DNA of 64,000 nt from the IMG/VR virus record IMGVR_UViG_3300013947_000002, positions 34,281-98,280 of that record, one strand, 5' to 3'. Below are positions 20,251 through 28,575 of the stretch, one piece after another. The notes beneath the pieces are model-generated. The model saw only the letters and a list, made by a program, of their open reading frames with translations, made no database searches and was not told where the DNA came from. Source of the DNA: a virus. The translations under genes were made by a program, and so were the position numbers. Every line of letters starts with the position of its first letter. Positions within the stretch are counted from its first letter, which is position 1.

Positions 20251-20431
20251 TTTTCTGCTACGCGCATTGTGGATATTTATTATTACAATTTTAGTATGTC
20301 TTGGATTTTTTGTTATATATTTGGGTTGTTCTTGTGGAAGTTGGCTTGGATTATTTGCGATTCCAGCTTTGGCACTGATCATAGCCGGTATATTTGAAAT
20401 AAATGATTGGGGGTATTGGCATTGGCTATGA
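20243..20431 (+). CDS. Small membrane protein
   Basis: Two hydrophobic segments. Confidence 0.5.
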   Translation: MIDFLLRALWIFIITILVCLGFFVIYLGCSCGSWLGLFAIPALALIIAGIFEINDWGYWHWL

Positions 20432-20685
20432 CGGAGAATAAATTATTTGAATTACTAAAATCATACGACGAAGAATGCTGGACTATGGAACAAAAAGCAG
20501 ATGGTAATTATCACATTATGTATAAGAGGCGCATGATAAACAATGATGGCTCAGATGCTGGTTGGCTATACACCGATGTTCCAAATGTAAGATTAAACAA
20601 GAATAACAAATGGGTCATCGAGTTGCCACGAGAAGATAGAATTGGAAGTCGAGCCGAACGTAGGAGAAAGCGAAATGAACAATAG
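20428..20685 (+). CDS. Hypothetical protein ending SRAERRRKRNEQ
   Basis: ORF overlapping the next ATG. Confidence 0.5.
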   Translation: MTENKLFELLKSYDEECWTMEQKADGNYHIMYKRRMINNDGSDAGWLYTDVPNVRLNKNNKWVIELPREDRIGSRAERRRKRNEQ

Positions 20686-20902
20686 ACTTTCTGAATATCT
20701 TGAATCGTGCGATGACGAAGGAATGATCACATAGACTGCGGGATTTGACGAATGGTGGCGTATATGGTGTGACAAGTTAAATTTACCATACGACACATCA
20801 TTTGAGGATTTCACGTTAGCATTACAGCATTATCTATGGCCAAATGGTGTTTTATATCCTCTAAATAGAGCCGAACGCCGCAAATCAAAAAGAAAGAAAT
20901 GA
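20675..20902 (+). pseudogene. Small gene interrupted by one in-frame TAG (20732-20734)
   Basis: MNNRLSEYLESCDDEGMIT*TAGFDEWWRIWCDKLNLPYDTSFEDFTLALQHYLWPNGVLYPLNRAERRKSKRKK; C-terminal RAERR motif shared with upstream gene. Confidence 0.5.
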
Positions 20903-20908
20903 CAACCT

Positions 20909-21484
20909 ATGTACGTCTTATATAATCAAAAATATTATCTTATGCAAAACGCAATCGGACAGTGGATTCCAGCCGATAATCTAGCTGAGGCGTTCAAATT
21001 CAAAGACCGTATCAAAGCCGAAAATGCGCTTGCCAATTTACCAAAAGCAACACGCAATCTTGGCTATCAGATCAAGCAAATCGATGAGCCATCTAAACCC
21101 GTCGATATCGACCAGTTTGAAAATGTCGAATTGGTAAATTACGATTCAGCATTGGCACAAATTGGGGCATTCTGTGATTTGCATGACCAGCTTGTAGCAA
21201 GGGCGGCATGGGTTGAATATAAGCTCAATGAGGTCGAAAACAAGATTCAGGATGTGCTACACGCCATTGAATTTAATAGCTATAATGCGCGAGATGGATA
21301 TAAGATGTATAAGCTGCTACATGATTTGCGGCTCGAACGGCGCAGATACAAAGACGAGCAGATTATAGCAGACGTTACAACTAAGGGATTTGCCGGGTCA
21401 AATTGGGAAACAACTAAGACCAGAGTGGACGATTTAAAGAATAGGAAATATCATGTAAGAAAAATGGAGGAGTTGTTTGAATGA
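20909..21484 (+). CDS. Hypothetical protein
   Basis: 191-aa ORF with charged helical C-terminal half. Confidence 0.65.
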   Translation: MYVLYNQKYYLMQNAIGQWIPADNLAEAFKFKDRIKAENALANLPKATRNLGYQIKQIDEPSKPVDIDQFENVELVNYDSALAQIGAFCDLHDQLVARAAWVEYKLNEVENKIQDVLHAIEFNSYNARDGYKMYKLLHDLRLERRRYKDEQIIADVTTKGFAGSNWETTKTRVDDLKNRKYHVRKMEELFE

Positions 21485-21614
21485 CTGATATATTGTGGAA
21501 TATTATTTCTCTTGCCGGTACTATTGCACTTGCATTGGCAACCATTGGAACTTGTATTCTTTTAGCATGTGGTATAATTTGCATCATTCAGCAAGTCAAG
21601 GAGAAAATTAAGAA

Positions 21615-22040
21615 ATGATCGAAACAACGATTTATAAATGCGAATACTGTGGAGCGGAGTTTGATGATGAATATGAGGCGAATTGCCATGAATGGGTGTG
21701 TTGGTATGTCGACGTGAAGAAACGTGACGGTGGCAGCCTTAGATTTTATAAGGAAGATGGCACAGAAATCAAATTTGATGACCCTGGTTTCGTATGGGCT
21801 GAATTTGACGATGTGATGGCATTTACAGTTGCTAATGATAGCGACGTAAAATTCGCTAAAGACTTCTTTGAATGGCATGGCTATAGCAATCCATTTCGAG
21901 CCATTGAGGACGATGAGCATCCGAACTATTATGGTCTATGGTGGTTCGACCCAGATCTGCATTATGGTGGATGGGTGCGCGTAGACGACCAGATTAAAAA
22001 ATGGGTAGATACTAAAAATAAATTTGTCAAAAGGGCTTGA
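21615..22040 (+). CDS. Hypothetical protein with C2H2-like zinc finger
   Basis: YKCEYCGAEFDDEYEANCHEWVC. Confidence 0.6.
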   Translation: MIETTIYKCEYCGAEFDDEYEANCHEWVCWYVDVKKRDGGSLRFYKEDGTEIKFDDPGFVWAEFDDVMAFTVANDSDVKFAKDFFEWHGYSNPFRAIEDDEHPNYYGLWWFDPDLHYGGWVRVDDQIKKWVDTKNKFVKRA

Positions 22041-22247
22041 CATATGCGATTCTATATGGTATAATCCAATTATCAAATGAACGGAGATAACGATTATGCT
22101 TAATACTTATTTCAAAATTGGCGATTATATTTGCCGCGTTGACCGCTATGACCGAGAAACTGGTCTGTGGGGATATCGTTGTGACGATGTACCTGTGTTC
22201 AATGGCTGGGCTTGTGAAAAATTTATTGAGATGAATAAAATTTGTAG

Positions 22248-22276
22248 TTGACAAACAGCAAATCGTGTGGTATAAT
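22248..22276 (+). promoter_or_regulatory. Promoter TTGACA-N17-TATAAT for tRNA-containing transcript
   Basis: TTGACA 22248-22253, GTGTGG TATAAT 22271-22276. Confidence 0.85.
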
Positions 22277-22283
22277 TAAGAAG

Positions 22284-22373
22284 CAATGAGGGAATTGGGA
22301 AGCCTGATTTGCGGCATTGTGAACCTCCTGAAAATATAGTCCTGAGCATGACGGTAAAACTGCTCGACAATAT
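22284..22373 (+). ncRNA. Structured 5' leader upstream of tRNA
   Basis: Pairings CAATG/CATTG, GAGG/CCTC, GAGCA/TGCTC in ~90 nt between promoter and tRNA. Confidence 0.35.
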
Positions 22374-22448
22374 GGTAGGGACGCCAATGTGGTATCGGCA
22401 CCGCCCTTATAAGACGGAGATAGTTTGGTTCGAATCCAACCCCTATCA
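22374..22448 (+). tRNA. tRNA, anticodon TAT (Ile, reads AUA); CCA encoded at 22449-22451
   Basis: Acceptor GGTAGGG/CCCTATC, D-arm GCC..GGC, anticodon loop CTTATAA, T-arm TTGG-TTCGAAT-CCAA; one mismatch each in the anticodon and T stems. Confidence 0.8.
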
Positions 22449-22484
22449 CCACGAAAAAATATAGATAATTAATGAGGCGATAAC

Positions 22485-22748
22485 ATGAAATTGTTCAAAG
22501 TATGGGTAGACAAGGTTGACTATGACACCTATGATTCGTTTGTGTGTGTAGCAAATAGCGAAGAGGAAATTAGAAACAGTATCAGCGTAGATAGGTATAA
22601 CAGTCGTGTTATACATTTGGACGAGGGTGATGACAAGTATGAAACCTATGTCGCTTTTGAGGATTTTCAGGGCGAAATTCATATTGAAGAGGTAAATCTT
22701 GATGTAGATAAGCCATACATTGTATGCGCAAGCTATAATGCTGGTTGA
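22485..22748 (+). CDS. Hypothetical protein
   Basis: 87-aa ORF MKLFKVWVDKVDYDTYDSFVCVANSEEE. Confidence 0.6.
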   Translation: MKLFKVWVDKVDYDTYDSFVCVANSEEEIRNSISVDRYNSRVIHLDEGDDKYETYVAFEDFQGEIHIEEVNLDVDKPYIVCASYNAG

Positions 22749-22757
22749 GGTGATAAT

Positions 22758-23096
22758 ATGAGACTATATTTCGACATCGATGACTCTTGGTATGAGGGCT
22801 ATGATAGTTATGATTTTAGAAAAGACATTGAGTCTGGAATTGTAGAATCGATCACTAATCGTCTATTGTCGGAAGACAAATACAGTTTCGCCGAAGAAGA
22901 GGCACGACAAATTGTTAAAGAAAACAAAACCGAGATTATTGATAAGGTAGTGCAGACAGTCAGTGCTACAATTCTCAAAAAACAAGAAATCAAATTGCTT
23001 GCGCCGTCTCTGTCTGAACTAAAAAATGCTGATGCTCAGGTTGTCAAATATTTTGAGGAAATGGTTGACAAGGCTATTGCTAAGAGGTTTAAGTAA
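22758..23096 (+). CDS. Hypothetical protein
   Basis: 112-aa ORF, RBS GAGGTGA. Confidence 0.6.
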   Translation: MRLYFDIDDSWYEGYDSYDFRKDIESGIVESITNRLLSEDKYSFAEEEARQIVKENKTEIIDKVVQTVSATILKKQEIKLLAPSLSELKNADAQVVKYFEEMVDKAIAKRFK

Positions 23097-23097
23097 T

Positions 23098-23346
23098 ATG
23101 GAACAATCTCCGCTAAAAGCTATACGCGCCCACTGCATCGAATGTAGTTGTGGCTCAACCAGCGAAGTCAAAAATTGCGTCATCCGTGATTGTGAGCTGT
23201 GGCCGTTTCGCATGGGCAACAATCCATTCCGTACCCGCTCAATGACCGATGAACAGAAGCAAGCTGCGGCTGAACGGCTCAAATCCGCTCGTCTCGCTAA
23301 AAAATCTTCATTAAATAATGTAGAAAATTCTGAACAAGAAGATTAG
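23098..23346 (+). CDS. Conserved phage protein with CIECSCGS...CVIRDCELWPFR
   Basis: Cys-rich motif common in phage small proteins. Confidence 0.6.
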   Translation: MEQSPLKAIRAHCIECSCGSTSEVKNCVIRDCELWPFRMGNNPFRTRSMTDEQKQAAAERLKSARLAKKSSLNNVENSEQED

Positions 23347-23512
23347 TAAGGTAAGTTGTAGTGTAAATAATAAAGGAAATTTTATTGATTATTAGTGTAT
23401 GAATCTTAACGATTGGATTTGTTTACTTGCTGGAATCGGCTATTCATTGTTTATGTTTGTGTGTGGTGCAGCATGGGCAAGCGACGTGTTGAAAAAATAA
23501 TTAAAATACCTC

Positions 23513-23541
23513 TTGATAAATAAAATCAAATGTGGTATAAT
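23513..23541 (+). promoter_or_regulatory. Promoter TTGATA-N17-TATAAT for the large structured RNA
   Basis: Same TGTGG-TATAAT extended -10 as other promoters in the window. Confidence 0.8.
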
Positions 23542-23547
23542 TGAGAA

Positions 23548-24553
23548 TGTAAAGATGATGGTGCTACGAAGCCCACAGAGGACACTATCCATGGAGTGCC
23601 GAGCTGGGGAATACAGGAGCAGTAGTAAATGGAGTGAGATGAACAGCCATCATTATATGCCATATGAGGTCTTGAATGCGAATGAGCCAATGGCTGAAAT
23701 TGCTCATCCAGATTTGGAGTAGTATTCAAGATATAACCTTAGCATTGCTCGTGCGAGAGGCAAGCCAAGCTAACTGCATATCCTACGTGGAATGTCTGTC
23801 TTGGATGGAAAAGAGCGAATTAGGGAACGTGCGTGAGATAAATGAGAGAAGCATAAAAGCGGGTCACAGTCGTGTGAAAGACCGTAATGCCAAGTAGGGC
23901 GCACCAGTCAATCTGTTCGGCATAATAAAGGGATTGGGGTTGACGATTATAGAATGGCACATCGGAAAGACGATGATAATATCCGACCGGATTTGAAGAT
24001 AACCGTCAAATCTATATCACGCCTGCACTGGGGTCTGCGCAGAGTTTGAGAAGCGGCAGATACAGACTAGAGAATTGGGGTCGCGCCCAATCGTGCCACG
24101 TTAGCATCCATGCAAAAACGTAACGTCGAAGGTGATATAAGGATGTTATGTAAACAGCATTCACGAGCCGATGCTAGAAGTAGCTATGAGGTAGGAAGTC
24201 GGCTTGAGATTGAATATGGAAGTGTAAGCTAACTGGATAAACCTCGCCAATTTGGTGAGATTGCAAGTTCGATTCTTGTCACTTCTATTCCCCCACATCC
24301 ATCACGCTTCTGTTTAGCATTGCAAGCGTACCACGATGGATGTATAGAAAAGTCTAAAATCCTAGCTTTGTAAGGCTGAACACAAGAATTGGTCACTTGT
24401 GAACGGTCTAGTTTATAAGTTATAATGCTAGTTGCCGAATAGTTGAAAGCTGACCACCTGACGCTATGAGGCAGCGCTCGCCACACTCCCGATTTTAAGA
24501 TGGTTGCGCAACTGTAAATTCAATTTAGCCTGAATTTGTAAGGAGTGTGGCAA
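23548..24553 (+). ncRNA. Very large structured noncoding RNA (~1 kb), candidate GOLLD/ROOL-class
   Basis: No real ORF; dedicated promoter; nested helices e.g. TCTTGAAT(23670)/ATTCAAGA(23724), ATGAGC(23682)/GCTCAT(23702), CATCG-GAAAGA-CGATG, GATTTG/CAAATC, ATTGGG/CCCAAT, ACGTTA/TAACGT, GCCACACTCC(24480)/GGAGTGTGGC(24542). Confidence 0.65.
24218..24287 (+). tRNA. tRNA-like domain inside the large RNA (degenerate; non-canonical D arm and position 33)
   Basis: GGAAGTG/CACTTCT acceptor, T-arm GCAAG-TTCGATT-CTTGT, anticodon-like stem CTCGC/GTGAG. Confidence 0.45.
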
Positions 24554-24637
24554 TTCTATCAGGTCAATATGCGCATGAACATAGCGACTTGTTTTAATAA
24601 AATTTTATTAGAAATCGAAAGGAATTTATCAGGAACA

Positions 24638-24913
24638 ATGACAAAGAAGGAACTAATCAAGTATGTTGCTGGCTCGACCGAGCATACCATTAAGGACACA
24701 GAAGAAATTGTTGATGAATTTATCGACTATGTCAAGAATGCGCTGATTGAGCATGAGGATGTAACCATCCACGGCTTCGGCACATTCAAGACCAAGCTAC
24801 GCGATGCTCGTACAGCTAGAAACCCCCAGACCGGTGAAACCATTGAAGTCCCTGCCAAGTATGCACTGGCATTTAAGCCGACAAGCACATTCAAGGCGGC
24901 TATCAATGAGTGA
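24638..24913 (+). CDS. HU/IHF family DNA-binding protein
   Basis: MTKKELIKYVAGSTEHTIKDTEEIVDEF...VTIHGFGTFKTKLRDARTARNPQTGETIEVPAKYALAFKPTSTFK. Confidence 0.95.
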   Translation: MTKKELIKYVAGSTEHTIKDTEEIVDEFIDYVKNALIEHEDVTIHGFGTFKTKLRDARTARNPQTGETIEVPAKYALAFKPTSTFKAAINE

Positions 24914-24927
24914 ATAATCCTCCTGTT

Positions 24928-24963
24928 AAAAATCCCTATGGTCGAAAGATTGTAGGGATTTTT
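24928..24963 (+). terminator. Rho-independent terminator
   Basis: AAAAATCCCTA ... TAGGGATTTTT. Confidence 0.85.
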
Positions 24964-25034
24964 CTAAAAATAACCCTTGACAAATCGCCGCTGTGGTGCT
25001 ATACTTAAACCATCAAATAAAGGAGCTGAATGAT

Positions 25035-25871
25035 ATGAACGAACTATTTATTATGTCGCTTAAAGCAAAGCATCGTAGTGAGGGTACCATTCGCGAATAT
25101 ACCAAGGCGATCGAGAACTGCTTGTCGTATGTCAAGAAGCCTGAAACCGACATCAAGCCGATTGACCTTGAGTTGTGGCAGTCCAGCATGAGCAATCTTA
25201 GCTCTGCATCCGTAGCACAGCGCACATCGGCTGTTCGCGAGTATTTCAAGTTCTTGTATCGCAATGAATTTATCAGTCGCAATCCTGCTGATATGCTTGA
25301 AGCGCCGAGTATCAAGAATCGTGAGCAGTCGGCTCTTGATGGAGAGCAGGTCAGAGCGATGATTAACGCCGCAACAAATCTGCGTAACAAGGCGATTATT
25401 ACGATGCTGGCTCAGACCGGTCTTCGCATCCATGAGCTTGCCAATATCACGCTTGAGCAGTATCAGAGCCGCAATGGTAATGTGTTGGTCATTCGTGGTA
25501 AGGGTGATAAGGATAGGCTGGTTGGCCTGGCTGATGAGACGATCAAGCTGATTGATAGCTATATTGCTAATGAGCGCAAAGACGGCTGCGAATACCTGTT
25601 CGTCGGCAATCGCGGCAATAAGATGGACGGCAAGAACACCAGTGCTATGCTCAAGGTGTGCGCTAAGAAGGCTGGTATTGAGAATTGGGAGGAGTTGCAT
25701 ATCAGCAATCATACGATGCGCCGCACGTTTGCTACGATGATGTCCGAAGCCGACGTACCTATTGAGATAATTAGTAAGGCAATGGGGCACTCAGGTTTGG
25801 CTATCACGTCCAGATACATCAAGCGCACCGAGCAGAGAGCGGTCAATGCTATGGCTGTTATGAGTTTTTAA
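25035..25871 (+). CDS. int: Tyrosine recombinase/integrase (XerC/D-like)
   Basis: TGLRIHELANI, NHTMRRTFATMMSEADVPIEIISKAMGHSGLAITSRYIK. Confidence 0.95.
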   Translation: MNELFIMSLKAKHRSEGTIREYTKAIENCLSYVKKPETDIKPIDLELWQSSMSNLSSASVAQRTSAVREYFKFLYRNEFISRNPADMLEAPSIKNREQSALDGEQVRAMINAATNLRNKAIITMLAQTGLRIHELANITLEQYQSRNGNVLVIRGKGDKDRLVGLADETIKLIDSYIANERKDGCEYLFVGNRGNKMDGKNTSAMLKVCAKKAGIENWEELHISNHTMRRTFATMMSEADVPIEIISKAMGHSGLAITSRYIKRTEQRAVNAMAVMSF

Positions 25872-25889
25872 GTTGAGGAGGATACAACA

Positions 25890-26444
25890 ATGATTCCGTA
25901 TTCACTGTGGTTAGACGTACTGAAAGAATTTGAAGAAAGGATGAAGAAAGACATGAAATTTGAGTACAAATTTTACGAAAAGAATCTAGCGCCAAAGTGG
26001 CTAGAGGGCGATTATGATCTTCATATTGAGGGCAATCGCATGGTTATGACGAGCAAGGATGGCAAGCAGGTTGAGACGCACTGCCATCCAGATGACGATT
26101 GGCAGTTACAGGTTGGGCTTGATGAGCTGAAGGATAGAATGGATAAGGCGAAGAAGCCAAGGGAGATTAAGGTTGGAGATGTTGTTAAAGTAAAGTTCCC
26201 GCAGAAGTATGGTTCTACAGACTTGACAAGTTTCTTTGAAGAAAACAATATTCCTGTAGAGTGCATTATTCGTGTTGTTCAGGCTAATTCAAACCTTAAT
26301 ATGCCGTCCATTGATTACAAATACCGCGTTTTGGCTATTGGATGTTTGTCTGCAAAGAGCGGCAAAAAATTGGCTTTAATCAAAAGCAATGTAACCGCAT
26401 ACCTGTATGTAGTTGACTATGACAATCTGAGGTTAGTAGAATGA
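25890..26444 (+). CDS. Hypothetical protein
   Basis: 184-aa ORF. Confidence 0.6.
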   Translation: MIPYSLWLDVLKEFEERMKKDMKFEYKFYEKNLAPKWLEGDYDLHIEGNRMVMTSKDGKQVETHCHPDDDWQLQVGLDELKDRMDKAKKPREIKVGDVVKVKFPQKYGSTDLTSFFEENNIPVECIIRVVQANSNLNMPSIDYKYRVLAIGCLSAKSGKKLALIKSNVTAYLYVVDYDNLRLVE

Positions 26445-26737
26445 TCGAGATGCACAATGAGGTCGTGGAGGCCGTTGTAGAGCAGTACAAGGGCGCTGAT
26501 GAGGATATTGCGGCTGATTGCTTGGTATATTTATCTAGCCTAAAAGTCCTGCCATTAGCGTACACAGCGACCACGGCACTAGAATCAATGGGGCGATGCC
26601 CTACTTGCGGCTGTAAGCTAGAGTCATACACTCATAGGGTGTATCATAGCGAAGTTGATGAGCCGCCGTATTATGAGTCAGTCACAGAGGTATATTGCCC
26701 ATATTGCGACATCAGAGGAGGAGATTATGTCGGATAA
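26441..26737 (+). CDS. Zinc-ribbon-like hypothetical protein
   Basis: CPTCGCKLES...EVYCPYCDI. Confidence 0.6.
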   Translation: MIEMHNEVVEAVVEQYKGADEDIAADCLVYLSSLKVLPLAYTATTALESMGRCPTCGCKLESYTHRVYHSEVDEPPYYESVTEVYCPYCDIRGGDYVG

Positions 26738-26936
26738 TAAATTACATGACGTACTGAAAGCCGAACTTGAGCCTAAATTTCAGAGCTATTTCAATCAGGG
26801 CTTGATGACCGGCTGGGATGCTTGTATCTATGAGATTGACAAGCTGACGAACGGCCTGACTTCTGCCAAAGCAATCAAAGAGGTAATTAAGCGCAAGGTG
26901 GCTGAAGCCAATACAAGAGGAAAGAAGAATGGATGA
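26727..26936 (+). CDS. Hypothetical protein
   Basis: ORF MSDNKLHDVLKAELEPKF. Confidence 0.5.
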   Translation: MSDNKLHDVLKAELEPKFQSYFNQGLMTGWDACIYEIDKLTNGLTSAKAIKEVIKRKVAEANTRGKKNG

Positions 26937-27008
26937 TGTATGGCGGCTGGGTGTGTTTATGCTTCTATGGCTCGGCTTAATGTTCTATGAAATCAAGAAA
27001 GGTGATGT

Positions 27009-27278
27009 ATGAAAGACAAAAATCATCTATTGCCACTGTGGATTGCTGGCGGCTCGATATTATTTGTATCAGCCGCTATGCCGCTTATTGACTCTATGGT
27101 TACATGGATTTCATCGGCTATTAATGCGCATATTAACCGTATGCAGATTGACTTAGAGCTTGACCAAAGAGAGGCACAGGCTGCTGCTGAGACGATTAAG
27201 CCAACACCTCAGATGACACAAGCCATTGGGTTTCATGTTGATTCTGAATCTGAATATGAGGATGATGATTATGAGTAA
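27009..27278 (+). CDS. Small membrane protein
   Basis: N-terminal hydrophobic segments. Confidence 0.5.
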   Translation: MKDKNHLLPLWIAGGSILFVSAAMPLIDSMVTWISSAINAHINRMQIDLELDQREAQAAAETIKPTPQMTQAIGFHVDSESEYEDDDYE

Positions 27279-27468
27279 ACGCCCCTGCCACGTCTGGCAA
27301 ATCCCATGTATGCGTTGTGATTATCAATCTGATTGCGATAAGTACGTGAAAATTGATAATCGCATGGTTGCACAAAGAGAAAAAATGTGGAATGATGCCG
27401 ATTTGAATTGTATGGACTGCATCTTGAGGACGGTGCTGAAGATGAAGAAGGAGGGCAAGACGGCGTAA
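27271..27468 (+). CDS. Small Cys-containing protein
   Basis: CHVWQIPCMRCDYQSDCDKYVK. Confidence 0.5.
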   Translation: MSKRPCHVWQIPCMRCDYQSDCDKYVKIDNRMVAQREKMWNDADLNCMDCILRTVLKMKKEGKTA

Positions 27469-27791
27469 TGGAATGGATTGAAAAAATTGTATGGCATGAG
27501 GTTGTGAGTAGACCGCCTACTGAACAAGAAAATGAATGGGCGGCTGAATGTGGACTTGCCGAATCAGAATATCCACCATACGTCTTTGACTGTGAAATGC
27601 CAGATGATAACCGTGATATTCTAGTATTGGGAAAAAGTGGCGATGTGTGGCAGGACACCTGCATGGCTGACGATGGATACGCTGGCTACAATTCGCTATA
27701 TCTGGATAATCATGGCGATTGGGATGATGTTGTAGCATGGGCTTATATGCCCACTGGCAAGAGAGATATGGAGGCGGCTGATGCCAGCTAA
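27468..27791 (+). CDS. Hypothetical protein
   Basis: ORF MEWIEKIVWHEVVSRPPTEQENEWA. Confidence 0.5.
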   Translation: MEWIEKIVWHEVVSRPPTEQENEWAAECGLAESEYPPYVFDCEMPDDNRDILVLGKSGDVWQDTCMADDGYAGYNSLYLDNHGDWDDVVAWAYMPTGKRDMEAADAS

Positions 27792-27809
27792 ATCATCTGA
27801 AAATAATTC

Positions 27810-27838
27810 TTGACATCTAGTTGATTCTGTGGTATAAT
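27810..27838 (+). promoter_or_regulatory. Promoter TTGACA-N17-TATAAT for HNH gene A
   Basis: TTGACA 27810-27815, TGTGG TATAAT 27833-27838. Confidence 0.85.
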
Positions 27839-27842
27839 ATAA

Positions 27843-27930
27843 TAGAGGTGAGAAGTGGGTGCGCACCTACGATCTTTAAGGGAAGGTTGCTTGTCTCAAT
27901 CTTCCCTACTCTAATAAATTAAATTCTTAG
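27843..27930 (+). promoter_or_regulatory. Structured leader A (two hairpins plus ACTCTAA..AATTAAATTCTTA box)
   Basis: AGGGAAGGTTG(27879-27889)/CAATCTTCCCT(27897-27907), GTGGGT/ACCTAC; matches leader B at 34931-35010. Confidence 0.65.
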
Positions 27931-27948
27931 ACAAGGAGAATATTAAAT

Positions 27949-28575
27949 ATTAAGAAATTTGGTAAAGAACATCCTAATTTTAAGGGGAATGAGTGGCGTA
28001 TCGATGGTAATGTTGCAATCGGTATAGATGCTAGAGGGAATGAATTTTTGATTGATATCGCAGACATGGACGCTGTGAGTTATCATAGATGGAGTGGGCG
28101 AGATAAATCATCAAGACGTGCTTTGGGTGGCATTTATTTTACTGCTAGAATGTCGCGTACAGCACCTACTGGCAACAAAATTAAAATGTTGCAGAATTTT
28201 ATATGGGAGATACATAATGGTGAAATTCCTGATGGATATATGGTTGATCATATAAATATGAAGCCCTATGATAACCGCTATTCTAATTTGCGCCTAGCCA
28301 ATAAGAGTGTCAACGCTTTTAATGCACAGCGCATAAACAAAGTAAGCAATTGTGGTATTGTAGGCGTTATGAAGGTCAAAGATAATACTAAATATAAAGC
28401 TGGTCAATACCGCGCGTATATTTCATACGGTGGTAAACGACATGAATTAGGATATTATAAAAATATAGAAGACGCAATTATCGAACGGCTCAAAGCAGAG
28501 CTTGAGCATTTTGGAGAAATTTGTCCAAATAATAGAGAGTTATATAAAGAGTATGAGGATAGAGTGAATGGTTAA
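27949..28575 (+). CDS. Free-standing HNH endonuclease (possible ATT start)
   Basis: DGYMVDHINMKPYDNRYSNLRLANKSVNAFN; frame open back to ATT at 27949 (KKFGKEHPNFKGNEWRID). Confidence 0.8.
   Translation: MKKFGKEHPNFKGNEWRIDGNVAIGIDARGNEFLIDIADMDAVSYHRWSGRDKSSRRALGGIYFTARMSRTAPTGNKIKMLQNFIWEIHNGEIPDGYMVDHINMKPYDNRYSNLRLANKSVNAFNAQRINKVSNCGIVGVMKVKDNTKYKAGQYRAYISYGGKRHELGYYKNIEDAIIERLKAELEHFGEICPNNRELYKEYEDRVNG

Noticed and set aside
22374-22448. Suppressor tRNA that could read the in-frame TAA codons
   Set aside because: With T33 conserved, the anticodon is TAT (Ile), not TTA; shifting the loop breaks the anticodon stem.
23500-24550. CRISPR array or retron ncRNA
   Set aside because: No regularly spaced direct repeats and no reverse transcriptase or cas gene nearby; self-complementary nested helices point to a single large structured RNA.
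25044-25790. 248-aa antisense ORF opposite the integrase
   Set aside because: Complement of a confident tyrosine recombinase coding frame; no independent signal.
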